From the IMG/VR virus record IMGVR_UViG_2718217807_000001: a DNA stretch of 64,000 bases; one strand, written 5' to 3'. The stretch comes from a virus (Duplodnaviria > Heunggongvirae > Uroviricota > Caudoviricetes). Under the pieces are notes generated by a model that was not told the origin of the DNA, did not search any database, and saw only the letters and a list, made by a program, of their open reading frames with translations. Positions 37,641 to 46,925 of this stretch are shown here, in pieces. Made by a program: the position numbers and the translations under genes. Every line of letters begins with the position of its first letter. The stretch's first letter is position 1.

Positions 37641-38351
37641 ATGCTTTACTGGAAAAAAATGCCGTCACTATGGATTGGAAACAGGATCTCAGAATTTGGG
37701 GAACTTGATACTGCAAAAGCGATAGCGGCGTTGAAAATTTATTTAACCTTCTGTTTATTCAGCAAGAATAATGAATCTAACATTCGAACTATCGAACTAA
37801 CCTTCAGTAATCTGTGCGAAATTGCATCATTAAGCCGTTCATTGGTAAACGAGGGGCTTAAGATTTTGTATGCAAAAGACCTGATCAGGAACATCTCCCC
37901 TACTGTGAGGAAGAAAATTTATACTGTTGATGTGCTTGAAGAACACAATGATGGTTGGTGCAAACTACCGTTTAAAGGGGTTGTTGGCGAGGACGGAAAA
38001 ATCGGTGCGTTTCAGTCAATGCACAACCGATACCCCTTTGAGTTAGTTGCCCTGCAGGTCTACATGTATCTTCTTTACGCGAGAGACAACAATGATGACT
38101 TTACGCTGGCCAGAAAACATACGATATGTAAAAAATTAAAGTGCCGACTGCCTGATCTCAACAAGGCAATTACCAATCTTATTCACATTGGTCTGCTTGA
38201 TAAGATAGTAAAAAAATCGATCGAAAACCGTCCGAGCGATTTGTTCCATGATTCTTACTATTTCTATGTAAAAACAGGCATTAAAGGCGCATTAACATAC
38301 CGAGTAAAGTCACTGGCTAATACAATTACGGATGGGGACATACCGTTCTAA
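37641..38351 (+). CDS. Hypothetical protein ending ...TDGDIPF (SSB C-terminal-tip-like). AT-rich moron.
   Basis: 236 aa. Low GC. The last four residues, DIPF, are preceded by acidic residues. Confidence 0.45.
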   Translation: MLYWKKMPSLWIGNRISEFGELDTAKAIAALKIYLTFCLFSKNNESNIRTIELTFSNLCEIASLSRSLVNEGLKILYAKDLIRNISPTVRKKIYTVDVLEEHNDGWCKLPFKGVVGEDGKIGAFQSMHNRYPFELVALQVYMYLLYARDNNDDFTLARKHTICKKLKCRLPDLNKAITNLIHIGLLDKIVKKSIENRPSDLFHDSYYFYVKTGIKGALTYRVKSLANTITDGDIPF

Positions 38352-38511
38352 TTTCATCCTACAGAATCAAAATGCCTTGGTCTAAGCAAAGACCGACTAC
38401 AAGCTCACGTAAGTCTACTCGTTCTACATAAATTACTTCCCCCTTATAATCCATGCTAGCATAGTGATAACTAAACACTTACTTAGTTGCATTGAGATTA
38501 TAGAGACCTAA

Positions 38512-38952
38512 ATGGATAAAAACATAATCCGGGAAGTTATGGACGACATCCGTCTGAATACGAACGATTTAGATGCTGTATGGCGCCGACAGCCAGAGCT
38601 AGTTGCCATCTATGGCTTTAAACAAGTTGAAGCTGAACATGCTGCCACAACTGCAAAACGTGACCTTGAATCTGCTGAGTCACGGCTTTACTCAACAACC
38701 CGCGCAGCGTTGAGTTTTGACGGTGTGAAGATCAGTGAATCCATCATTGAAGCGAAGGTCAAGTCATCCCCTGTCTATTTAGCCGCTCGCCAGAATTACG
38801 ATGATGCAAAGTACCTGTCTGACTTCTACAAGCAGGTAACAAATGCGCTAAGTCATCGTCGAGACATGATTGTCCAGGCATCAAAAAAGGCAATTTCAGA
38901 GTACGAGAAAACAGGCGCCGATCGGTTTCACGCCCCTAAAAATGTATCTTGA
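38512..38952 (+). CDS. Hypothetical protein (possible recombination mediator by position)
   Basis: 146-aa helical protein. Placement ahead of the SSB and recombinase genes is the only basis for the function. Confidence 0.35.
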   Translation: MDKNIIREVMDDIRLNTNDLDAVWRRQPELVAIYGFKQVEAEHAATTAKRDLESAESRLYSTTRAALSFDGVKISESIIEAKVKSSPVYLAARQNYDDAKYLSDFYKQVTNALSHRRDMIVQASKKAISEYEKTGADRFHAPKNVS

Positions 38953-39018
38953 TAATAAGTGATCGCTTATCTATCATAGCCAAAAACTAATAAAGCTATT
39001 AACAACAAAGGAAATCAC

Positions 39019-39999
39019 ATGTCCGCCTTAATGAAACTCCTGAAGAAAAGCCAAGACGTTGCGAAAAGTGCTCGTAACAACCGCGGCAGCGATCTGCAAA
39101 AGATGCAGACAGGCGAGAACTACGTTCGCATCATCTTGAACAAAGATGACCCGGAAAACGCGCCATTCTCCCATAAATACGGCATCCACTACGCCAAGAC
39201 CAAAGGCGAAGACGGAAAGGACGTGTATAGCGCACACCTTTGCTTCCAGCATACTCACGACAAGCCGTGTGAAATGTGTGAGATGGTCATGGAAGCCAAA
39301 GCGAAGTACAAAGGCAACAAAGCCATGGAGAAAGTCATCGACGACATGCGTGCCTCTCCGCGTATGGCTGTTGTCGGTATGTACTCGCAGAAAGAAGACT
39401 TCAGCGATACTGAAAAAACCTCTCTGATTGACATGCCTATTTCCGTCTTTGATGACCTGATGGATGCCATCATGCAGGACATGAACGACGAAATTGGTGA
39501 GCCGCTTGATCGCGAAAAAGGTTACGCATATCAGATCCTGCGAACTGGTTCCGGTATGGATACTGATTACAAAGTTAAGCCAATGCGTAAAAACAAAATG
39601 GCGGTTCCGTCTAAGTTCTGGGACAACCAGCCTTCACTGGAAAATTTCGCCAATCAGTCCGATCCGACAAAACTGATGGCGACCTCGAAAATGATCGCTC
39701 GTGCAACCGGTGTAGCTCTGCCAGCTTCCATGGGGTCAACTGCGGGTACTCTGCCAGCAGCAGCTGGTACGGCCGCTCTTCTCCCAGGCATGGGCAGTGC
39801 GTCGATTACCGGCGTGGATGACTCAACCCCAGAGGCTTCACTGTTGGATAAGGAAGTGGAGTACGCGAAAGACGCGGTATTCGAGCCAACCGCTGAAGAG
39901 AAAGCAGTTACCCCAGCGGCTGAAGAACCAGCAGCCACCCCGCCAGCAGACGAAGACCTGGACGACATCTACGCGCAGCTTTCCGCGCTCGCTATGTAA
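39019..39999 (+). CDS. T4 gp32-like single-stranded DNA-binding protein
   Basis: H-x-C ... C-x-x-C zinc motif (HLCFQHTHDKPCEMCE). Acidic C-terminus. 326 aa. Confidence 0.5.
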   Translation: MSALMKLLKKSQDVAKSARNNRGSDLQKMQTGENYVRIILNKDDPENAPFSHKYGIHYAKTKGEDGKDVYSAHLCFQHTHDKPCEMCEMVMEAKAKYKGNKAMEKVIDDMRASPRMAVVGMYSQKEDFSDTEKTSLIDMPISVFDDLMDAIMQDMNDEIGEPLDREKGYAYQILRTGSGMDTDYKVKPMRKNKMAVPSKFWDNQPSLENFANQSDPTKLMATSKMIARATGVALPASMGSTAGTLPAAAGTAALLPGMGSASITGVDDSTPEASLLDKEVEYAKDAVFEPTAEEKAVTPAAEEPAATPPADEDLDDIYAQLSALAM

Positions 40000-40044
40000 C
40001 CCAGCCGTTGATTCAAGAGGCGTCTTCGGACGCCTTATTTATTC

Positions 40045-41022
40045 GTGGAGAATAATGCCGTGAACATCTTAATAATCGACGGAAACAGCCTCGGTTACTA
40101 CCACCAGCAGCAGCCTAAAAAGCTGCATAGCGGTGACATGGAGACTCAAGCAGTCTTCGGTTTCATTACCAACATGCGTCGCTATGCGTCCCTGTTAAAA
40201 GCGCGTCCAGTCGTGTTGTGGGACGGATTCAGCGATGCGCGTCGCAGCTACTACCCGGAATACAAAGCGAATCGCGACGACAACCTAGAGATGACGAAAA
40301 TGAAGGAAGGCTTCGCCATTCAGAAGCCATTCATTAAGAAGGCGATCACTTCGCTGGGTGTCGACCAAATTACAGCGTTAGACGGTGAGGCTGATGATTT
40401 GGCCGGCATTCTGAAAAAACGCTATGTGGCGAACAAAGAGGTCGAGCACATTTACCTGCTAACAGCTGACTCTGACTGGATTCAGCTTGTTGACGAAAAG
40501 GTTACGTGGGTCAGTCTGCGGGAAGATGCTAAGCACAAGCGTATCACCATTGAAGCGTTCTCTGAGCTTACCGGCTACCCACACCAGCGCGGCTTTTTGG
40601 AAGGTAAAGCGCTGCAGGGCGATAAGTCAGACAACATTCAGCAAGTCGGCGGCATTGGTGAAAAAGGCGCGATGGATCTGATTAATGAATATGGCTCGAT
40701 GGTCACGCTTGTTAAGGGCATCTGCGACGGCTCTATCGTCATAGACAAGGGGCGTAACAAGACAGCAGTTAACAACCTGGCCAAGAATGCGTTCAACGAG
40801 AAAACCGGTTGTCGGATGCTTGAGGCGTTCATGCGGAACATCAAACTGATGGACCTGATTGACACGAAGTTCCTGCCTCAGAAACTGGAAGTAACCCGCG
40901 GCGAGCAGAGTCTGGAAACCTTTAAGCAAATCTGTATGCAGCTGAGTTTCCAGTCAATCATGAGCGACCTCGAAGTATTCATCGTGCCGTTCGTTAAGCG
41001 TTGTGGGTTGGTGCCTGAATGA
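40045..41022 (+). CDS. 5'-3' exonuclease / flap endonuclease (Pol I N-terminal domain-like)
   Basis: ILIIDGNSLGY motif. Acidic clusters. H3TH motif GIGEKGAMDLI. Confidence 0.75.
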   Translation: MENNAVNILIIDGNSLGYYHQQQPKKLHSGDMETQAVFGFITNMRRYASLLKARPVVLWDGFSDARRSYYPEYKANRDDNLEMTKMKEGFAIQKPFIKKAITSLGVDQITALDGEADDLAGILKKRYVANKEVEHIYLLTADSDWIQLVDEKVTWVSLREDAKHKRITIEAFSELTGYPHQRGFLEGKALQGDKSDNIQQVGGIGEKGAMDLINEYGSMVTLVKGICDGSIVIDKGRNKTAVNNLAKNAFNEKTGCRMLEAFMRNIKLMDLIDTKFLPQKLEVTRGEQSLETFKQICMQLSFQSIMSDLEVFIVPFVKRCGLVPE

Positions 41023-41279
41023 TTACGTCAATCGTTAACGGGAAATCGACCACCCCGACCGCACTGGCGAAAGAACTGGTGTTCACGTATGGCGAGTACG
41101 CCTTGTCTGATTTTAAAACCTGCATCTCCGGCCACAAAATCGCACTGACCGCTCGTGAAGTAGACATCGTGAAAAACCACGTTGTCACCATTATCGAGCG
41201 TTCGGCCAAGATGATGAATTGTGACACCGTCACTTTCAATCGCGAACTGGCCGAAAAAGAAATTGGCTTAACCAAATAA
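41019..41279 (+). CDS. Hypothetical small protein
   Basis: 86 aa. Overlapping start. Confidence 0.4.
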   Translation: MITSIVNGKSTTPTALAKELVFTYGEYALSDFKTCISGHKIALTAREVDIVKNHVVTIIERSAKMMNCDTVTFNRELAEKEIGLTK

Positions 41280-41296
41280 TAAACAAAGGAAAACAC

Positions 41297-42334
41297 ATGA
41301 AAAAGTCACCATTAGCAGCCGCAATGAAAAAACGTATCGGTGGAAACGATGAGATCCAAAAAGTAGAGCAGTGGCTGGATACCGGATACCCGCCATTAAA
41401 CGAAGCCGTTTCTGGGGATCTGGAAGGTGGTCTTCCTTGCGGCCGCATCGTTGAAATCTTTGGACCTCCAAGCGCAGGTAAAACATACCTGGCTACGAAA
41501 GCCATGGTATCCGCTCAGAAGAAAGGTGGCATCGCTGTATTCCTTGACCATGAAAACAGCTTCGACGTTGGCCTGGCAGAAGCGAACGGGCTTCAATCCG
41601 ATGAGGATGAAGGCAATTGGGTTTATAAGCAGCCAGATACGTTTGAGGATGCTATCGATCTGACAGGTCAAATTTTGTCTCTAGTTCGCAAAGAGAAACT
41701 CATCCCTGAAGATGCTCCGATCGTCATCGTTTATGACTCTCTGGCCTCCATGGTTCCACGCCAGAAGTTTGAGAAATTCGAGAAGATGGCTGATGGTACG
41801 GCCAAAGAGAAAGACGAGCTGAACATGAACGACAACACTGCTCTGGCACGTGCTACTTCCGCGAATCTCCCGACACTAGCTAAGTGGGCGCAGAAGTATA
41901 ATGCCTGTCTTATCTTCCTGAACCAGACTCGTACCAAAATGGGCGTTATGTTTGGTGATCCAACGACTTCGCCAGGCGGCGATTCTCCAAAGTTCTACGC
42001 TTCCGTCCGTATTAAGTTGGGAGGTGGCCAGCTGAAGGAAGGATCTGAACGCGTCGGCCAACTGGTCAAAGCAGAGTGCGTCAAAAACAAGGTGGCACCA
42101 CCTTTCCAGAAATGCGAGTGGAACTTCTACTTTGACCCTGCGCGTGGTCTGGACGTCATTGAGTCGCTCGTAGAGTACATGCTCGACAAGGGCTACATTC
42201 CGAAGACGTCAACCGGGCGCATTGAGATTGGCGATAAGAAGTACACCAAGTCGCAGATCGTCGACATGTACCGCGAGAAGGATTTAACCGAAATCGTGAA
42301 GGCTGTTAAGTCGATTCAGGCTAAGGCCCACTAA
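41297..42334 (+). CDS. RecA/RadA-family recombinase (UvsX/Sak4-like)
   Basis: Walker A GPPSAGKT. Walker B IVYDSLAS. 345 aa. Confidence 0.65.
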   Translation: MKKSPLAAAMKKRIGGNDEIQKVEQWLDTGYPPLNEAVSGDLEGGLPCGRIVEIFGPPSAGKTYLATKAMVSAQKKGGIAVFLDHENSFDVGLAEANGLQSDEDEGNWVYKQPDTFEDAIDLTGQILSLVRKEKLIPEDAPIVIVYDSLASMVPRQKFEKFEKMADGTAKEKDELNMNDNTALARATSANLPTLAKWAQKYNACLIFLNQTRTKMGVMFGDPTTSPGGDSPKFYASVRIKLGGGQLKEGSERVGQLVKAECVKNKVAPPFQKCEWNFYFDPARGLDVIESLVEYMLDKGYIPKTSTGRIEIGDKKYTKSQIVDMYREKDLTEIVKAVKSIQAKAH

Positions 42335-43040
42335 TAACAACCATAGGGGCAGGAGAAGCTTGCCCCTTACTTTTATGGTAAATCTGTATCGCTTCAACCA
42401 TTTCTTTAAGATATCGGCTCAACTCTTCAACTACGTAGTCAAGAAAATCATCACCTAAGTCCACTTTCCCAAAGATCACCTGTATATCTGCCCCTTCATC
42501 TTCAGCTCTTTTAACTGCTTTCTTTTCATTTTCCCGCAGGATGCCGTCATTATGAGCCATAATATTTCTAATCTTATTGATATGGCTGACATCTCTAACA
42601 TTACCTCCTATTACCTCCGTAAGTACTTTATGTGTTTGACCCGTCACGCCATCCCTGATCCGTGCGTTATATCCTGAGATATGTCGCATCAACTCCAGAG
42701 ATCCATTAATGCCATGCTCAAACAGACCATAAATAGTGAGCAAAGCTGAGCGGCGAGTTAGTTGCGTTATCAAGTTATCGTACTCCAACAAAACCTCGTA
42801 TTTATTGTCCTGATAGCAGGGGCCATAAGCATAATAGGTTACAGGATATGGAGTAGGCTCCCCGTCATCACCGGTACGCAAACCTTCTATTTCCATCTCT
42901 CTAATAGCCCCAGGTTCTCTGGCTTCTCTGAGAGCTAGGTCAATATTTCTACGGGCTTGCTCAGCCAGCATCTTCATCGTCTCGATCGAAGATGTCGCCT
43001 CGTAAAGTCGAACACTAAATAAGAAACCAAGATTCGCCAT
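42321..43040 (-). CDS. HEPN-domain protein (standalone, opposite strand)
   Basis: C-terminal KIRNIMAHNDG (Rx4H). GGAG RBS 8 nt ahead of the ATG at 43040. About 239 aa. Confidence 0.5.
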   Translation of the reverse strand: MANLGFLFSVRLYEATSSIETMKMLAEQARRNIDLALREAREPGAIREMEIEGLRTGDDGEPTPYPVTYYAYGPCYQDNKYEVLLEYDNLITQLTRRSALLTIYGLFEHGINGSLELMRHISGYNARIRDGVTGQTHKVLTEVIGGNVRDVSHINKIRNIMAHNDGILRENEKKAVKRAEDEGADIQVIFGKVDLGDDFLDYVVEELSRYLKEMVEAIQIYHKSKGQASPAPMVVISGP

Positions 43041-43124
43041 ATCAAAACTCCAATGAAAAAACGACTTGATGATAAGTAAGCACTTATCTATCATGTATAA
43101 GTTTGTTAAAACAAGAGAAAACAC

Positions 43125-43328
43125 ATGTCCTCAAAACTGTATTTCAATATCTGTCTGCTGGGCGCTGTAGCCATGGCGATGTTCGGTTTGATCATCCCCT
43201 ACTTCGTGTCTCAGAAGAGCGATGTCGCTGTCCTGATTGGATTCGCTCTGATGTTCGCAACCCCCTTCGTCTCTTACAAAGCGGCGAAACATATTATTCA
43301 ACAAGTTATCAAAGGAACCAAAAAATGA
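43125..43328 (+). CDS. Small 2-TM membrane protein
   Basis: 67 aa. Its stop overlaps the start of the SPFH gene. Confidence 0.45.
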   Translation: MSSKLYFNICLLGAVAMAMFGLIIPYFVSQKSDVAVLIGFALMFATPFVSYKAAKHIIQQVIKGTKK

Positions 43329-44152
43329 AAAAGGGAATTTTCGCGCTGGCTATCGTTGCAGCTATGACCGCACTGACCGGCTGCGAGTACGTTAAGCCGG
43401 GTGAAGTGGGCATCAAGGTTAACAAATTAGGCGACGACAAAGGTGTTGGCGAAGTCGTTGGTGTTGGTCGTGTCTGGACTGGTATCAACACAACGCTGTA
43501 TACGTTCCCGACATTCAAACAGATGAAATCCTATGAGGATGCCTTCAACTTCCAAATGAGCGACGGTACAGCTATTGGTTATCACGTCGGCGTTACGTAC
43601 AAAGTCGACCCAACCAAAATTACTACTATCTTCCAGACGTACCGTAAAGGTGTGGATGATATTACCGATACCGATCTTAAGCAGAAGATTGCCGATGTAC
43701 TGATTAAGCAAGCCAGTCGCATGACCACCGACCGTTTCATTGACGGCGGTAAGACCGAACTTCTCGAAACTGCGCTGAAGTCGATTCAATCTGAAATGGG
43801 GCCGGTTGGCATTCAGGTAATCAGTCTTTCATGGATGGGCAAACCTGATTACCCAGCTACGGTAATCGACTCTATCAACGCCAAAGTGACGGCGAACCAG
43901 ACCACACTACAACGTGAGCAGCAGGTTAAGCAGAAGGAAGCGGAGGCGAATATGAACCGCGCCCAAGCAGCCGGTGAAGCTGACGCTATACGCACCCGCG
44001 CTCGGGCAGAAGCTGACGCTATCAAATTGCGTGGCGACGCTCTCCGAGAGAATCCTGGCGTAATGCAGCTGGAAGCCATCAACAAATGGAACGGCACCCT
44101 GCCGCAGTACATGACCGCAGGAACCAGCACCCCGTTCATTACCGTTAAGTAA
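43327..44152 (+). CDS. SPFH/band-7 (stomatin/prohibitin-like) lipoprotein
   Basis: Lipobox LTGC. SPFH core followed by an A/E-rich coiled-coil (REQQVKQKEAEANMNRAQAAGEADAIRTRARAEADAIKLRGDA). Confidence 0.6.
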
Positions 44153-44287
44153 TCGAACAATCCCAAAGGCGTCATTTTTGGCGCCTTTTCTTTCTCCGTA
44201 AAATATCAAGCATAAGAAAACAACTTGTTTAAGGAGTTGCTATGAATACAGAGGCTGATTCATACCCCGTAATGTGTGAGAGAGAAA

Positions 44288-45028
44288 ACAATGGCGAGAA
44301 TTAAACAGAAGCCTGAAGAGAGAAGCGGCGAAGCGTTCAAAGGTCGGGATATGGTGACGCACCCAGCGTTTGGTCTGGTACGAGTTGGTCGCGTCAGTTC
44401 GTCCGGTACAAATCTGTTCGACTCAGACATCGATCATAGTGAGCTGATTGAATTAACGTTCCATCGAGCGGCTATCGAGCGGGATGGCTACAGCTATCGA
44501 GTCACAAAGTCAGAAGACCGTAGCGCTCTTATGGTGGTTCAACTCAGCGCAGCACAGTGGGCGGCGATGGTGTCCAGTTTCGGCGTTGGTGAGGGCGTCC
44601 CATGTACTCTTTCATCGATCCGCGACGGAAAGCTGGTTCACCTTCCCGAAATAGAGAAGGCTGAGACGATGCACGAGCGGTTCTCTAAAGATATTGCTGC
44701 ACGGGTTCGGAAAGACGTTGCCGGCATCGAGAACCTCGTCGACCAACTCGGTGCGCTGATTGCCACCGGTAAGGCTGGCAAGCGCGATCTCCGCGCCATT
44801 TACGAATCACTGTCCAGCGCGGTAATCAATCTTCCAGGCAATATGGCGTTCGGCGCGGAACTCACGCAGGAAGCTGTCGACAACATCGTCTCAGCTGGCA
44901 AAGCAGAAGTTGAGGCGTATGTGGCTGGCGCCGCGATGCGTCTGGGTCTTGACCAAATAACTTCAGCGCCAGAAATCGATCTCAACGAGTCAATCAGACT
45001 TCTGCTGGAAGCTCGAGATGACGCCTAA
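44288..45028 (+). CDS. Hypothetical protein
   Basis: 246-aa ORF. Confidence 0.45.
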   Translation, partial: TMARIKQKPEERSGEAFKGRDMVTHPAFGLVRVGRVSSSGTNLFDSDIDHSELIELTFHRAAIERDGYSYRVTKSEDRSALMVVQLSAAQWAAMVSSFGVGEGVPCTLSSIRDGKLVHLPEIEKAETMHERFSKDIAARVRKDVAGIENLVDQLGALIATGKAGKRDLRAIYESLSSAVINLPGNMAFGAELTQEAVDNIVSAGKAEVEAYVAGAAMRLGLDQITSAPEIDLNESIRLLLEARDDA

Positions 45029-45111
45029 TATCCAACTCAACGGCGAAATGAGCGTCCGCCAGCAGGAAGCCTTTTTAAACACGTTTGCCACTAAACACGA
45101 AAGGAATTCAG

Positions 45112-45264
45112 ATGCGTAACAAATACCCCGGTTGCTGCTACTACTGCAAAAATTGGGTCGCCAAAGGAGAAGGACATTTTGAACGATTCGCTGGGAGGTT
45201 CCGCGTCATTCACGCCGAATGCGTGCTAAAGCAACGCCAAGAAAAATCCGCGGCCGCAGCGTAA
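45112..45264 (+). CDS. 50-aa Cys-rich zinc-ribbon-like micro-protein
   Basis: CCYYC ... H ... C pattern. Not in the ORF track. Confidence 0.3.
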   Translation: MRNKYPGCCYYCKNWVAKGEGHFERFAGRFRVIHAECVLKQRQEKSAAAA

Positions 45265-45310
45265 TACGGCTCCTATCCAAAGCATGTTGTAACTATACAA
45301 GGTAAATAAA

Positions 45311-45565
45311 ATGATCACTATCGAATGCACCGGCACACGTCCAGGCATCAACTGGTTTACTCCGGGGAAAACATACTCTGGCTACTCCGACGCTGATGGA
45401 CAGGCTATACACACGAAAGACGATCTCGGTCGCGATGCGTTTGTGTTTATCAACGCCTCTCTTCACGGAACGTTCCGCGAGATCAAGAGCCAATCCATTG
45501 AGTCGCCAGTAGTTCGCCAGAGAAACACCGTGATGGCAGAAGCATTCGCTAACTGCGGTATGTGA
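45311..45565 (+). CDS. Hypothetical small protein
   Basis: 84 aa. Confidence 0.4.
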   Translation: MITIECTGTRPGINWFTPGKTYSGYSDADGQAIHTKDDLGRDAFVFINASLHGTFREIKSQSIESPVVRQRNTVMAEAFANCGM

Positions 45566-45639
45566 CCGTGTAACGTTTTTGATTGACCTTAATTAAACAC
45601 ATAAGATAACAACTTGTTTATTACAATAAAGGAAAACAC

Positions 45640-45912
45640 ATGAAAGCTTTGCTGCACGTATGCGCCTCACTTAACACGTCATACTCACCTTATTCGATTC
45701 TGGACGTGCCAGAAGGCACCGGGGGGGATGAATTGCGGATTATCGCAGATCAGATTTTACCATCGCTCTATGGTAGCGAAGACACCGTAGCAGTCGATAA
45801 GGACGGGGTTTGCTGGAACAATGGTGAATGCTGGTATATCGAGGGATTGCACTTCATTAGCGAAGAAGACGCAGAGCACTTAACCCGTATTCTGGGCATT
45901 TGCACGCTCTAA
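45640..45912 (+). CDS. Hypothetical small protein
   Basis: 90 aa. Preceded by AAAGGAAAACACATG. Confidence 0.45.
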   Translation: MKALLHVCASLNTSYSPYSILDVPEGTGGDELRIIADQILPSLYGSEDTVAVDKDGVCWNNGECWYIEGLHFISEEDAEHLTRILGICTL

Positions 45913-45946
45913 ATAATAAGTAGACATTTATCTAATGAGGTGTATT

Positions 45947-46099
45947 ATGCCGCTCCTGTATTTAGCTACATCAATTTTTTTACTTTTTGACAGCATCTTT
46001 ATCGGCAGTTTTCGACAATCACTGAAACCTGTTAACGGACGAATCGTCGACATCATTGTAGGCGCATTCATCGCACTCACGATGGAGAAGCTGCTTTGA
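45947..46099 (+). CDS. 50-aa small membrane protein
   Basis: Two hydrophobic helices. Not in the ORF track. Confidence 0.3.
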   Translation: MPLLYLATSIFLLFDSIFIGSFRQSLKPVNGRIVDIIVGAFIALTMEKLL

Positions 46100-46443
46100 C
46101 TGTAAATAAACTCGTTGCCGCTGGTCTGGCGTTATTTTCCTCATACGCATTTAGTAGCGAGGAAGCGGTCATGAAGTGCCAGATGAGCATTTTAAAGTTC
46201 AAAGACGGTCAGATGATTGGCGAGCCTCACCAAGTGGCGGAAGCCATACTGACAGCCGATAGCCAACAATTTTACGCGGTTATCGGGGAGAGAGTGATCA
46301 ACTCACCGGTCTTATTTGAGCATAAAGGCGACATGGCCGGATACCATGCTGGCGCCGCATATTTCATAAGAAAAGCCAGCTACGGCGTTATGTATGATGA
46401 CTTTGGGTATGTGTTTGACGAATGTGTAAAGGTGACGGCATGA
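46096..46443 (+). CDS. Secreted hypothetical protein
   Basis: TTG start. Signal peptide (AFS|SEE). 115 aa. Confidence 0.4.
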   Translation: MTVNKLVAAGLALFSSYAFSSEEAVMKCQMSILKFKDGQMIGEPHQVAEAILTADSQQFYAVIGERVINSPVLFEHKGDMAGYHAGAAYFIRKASYGVMYDDFGYVFDECVKVTA

Positions 46444-46652
46444 ACTTAGCAAATAGCATGGAAATGGAAAAGAGCCGAGGCTACTGGCGCTCGAAGGGCT
46501 TCACTCGTCCGGCTGATTATTCTGTCCGTCTTGACCGCGATGATTGTCGAGTTGTCTACAGATACAACTCATGGCAGATGATCGAGAACGGGGAAACCAA
46601 GCCGAGGCATAAGTCAAAAAGTCTTTATACTCTGCTGTCATCATTCACCTAA
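46440..46652 (+). CDS. Hypothetical small protein
   Basis: 70 aa. Start overlaps the upstream stop (ATGA). Confidence 0.35.
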   Translation: MNLANSMEMEKSRGYWRSKGFTRPADYSVRLDRDDCRVVYRYNSWQMIENGETKPRHKSKSLYTLLSSFT

Positions 46653-46925
46653 TTACCGCTCATAGCATACTTGCCTTGTAGCACCGCTGCCAGCATATAC
46701 AGATGCCGCTGGCAGCATATCAAATACCGCTCACAGCATATGTTCAAAGAAAACTACCGCTGACAACATACGTTTACTCCGGTAACAGACAAAAGCCCCC
46801 TCCCCTCTTCACCCATAAAACTATTTCGAGTACCGCTGGCAGCATACAAACAGCCGCTGACAGCATACTAATAAGCCTATTTGCCGCTGACAGCATACTC
46901 AATACCGCTGACAACATATCAAACA
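46650..46925. repeat. Iteron array (~9 copies of CCGCTGACAGCATA-like 14-16-mers), incA-like, downstream of repA
   Basis: Copies start at about 46655, 46683, 46707, 46729, 46757, 46833, 46855, 46886 and 46905. Confidence 0.75.
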
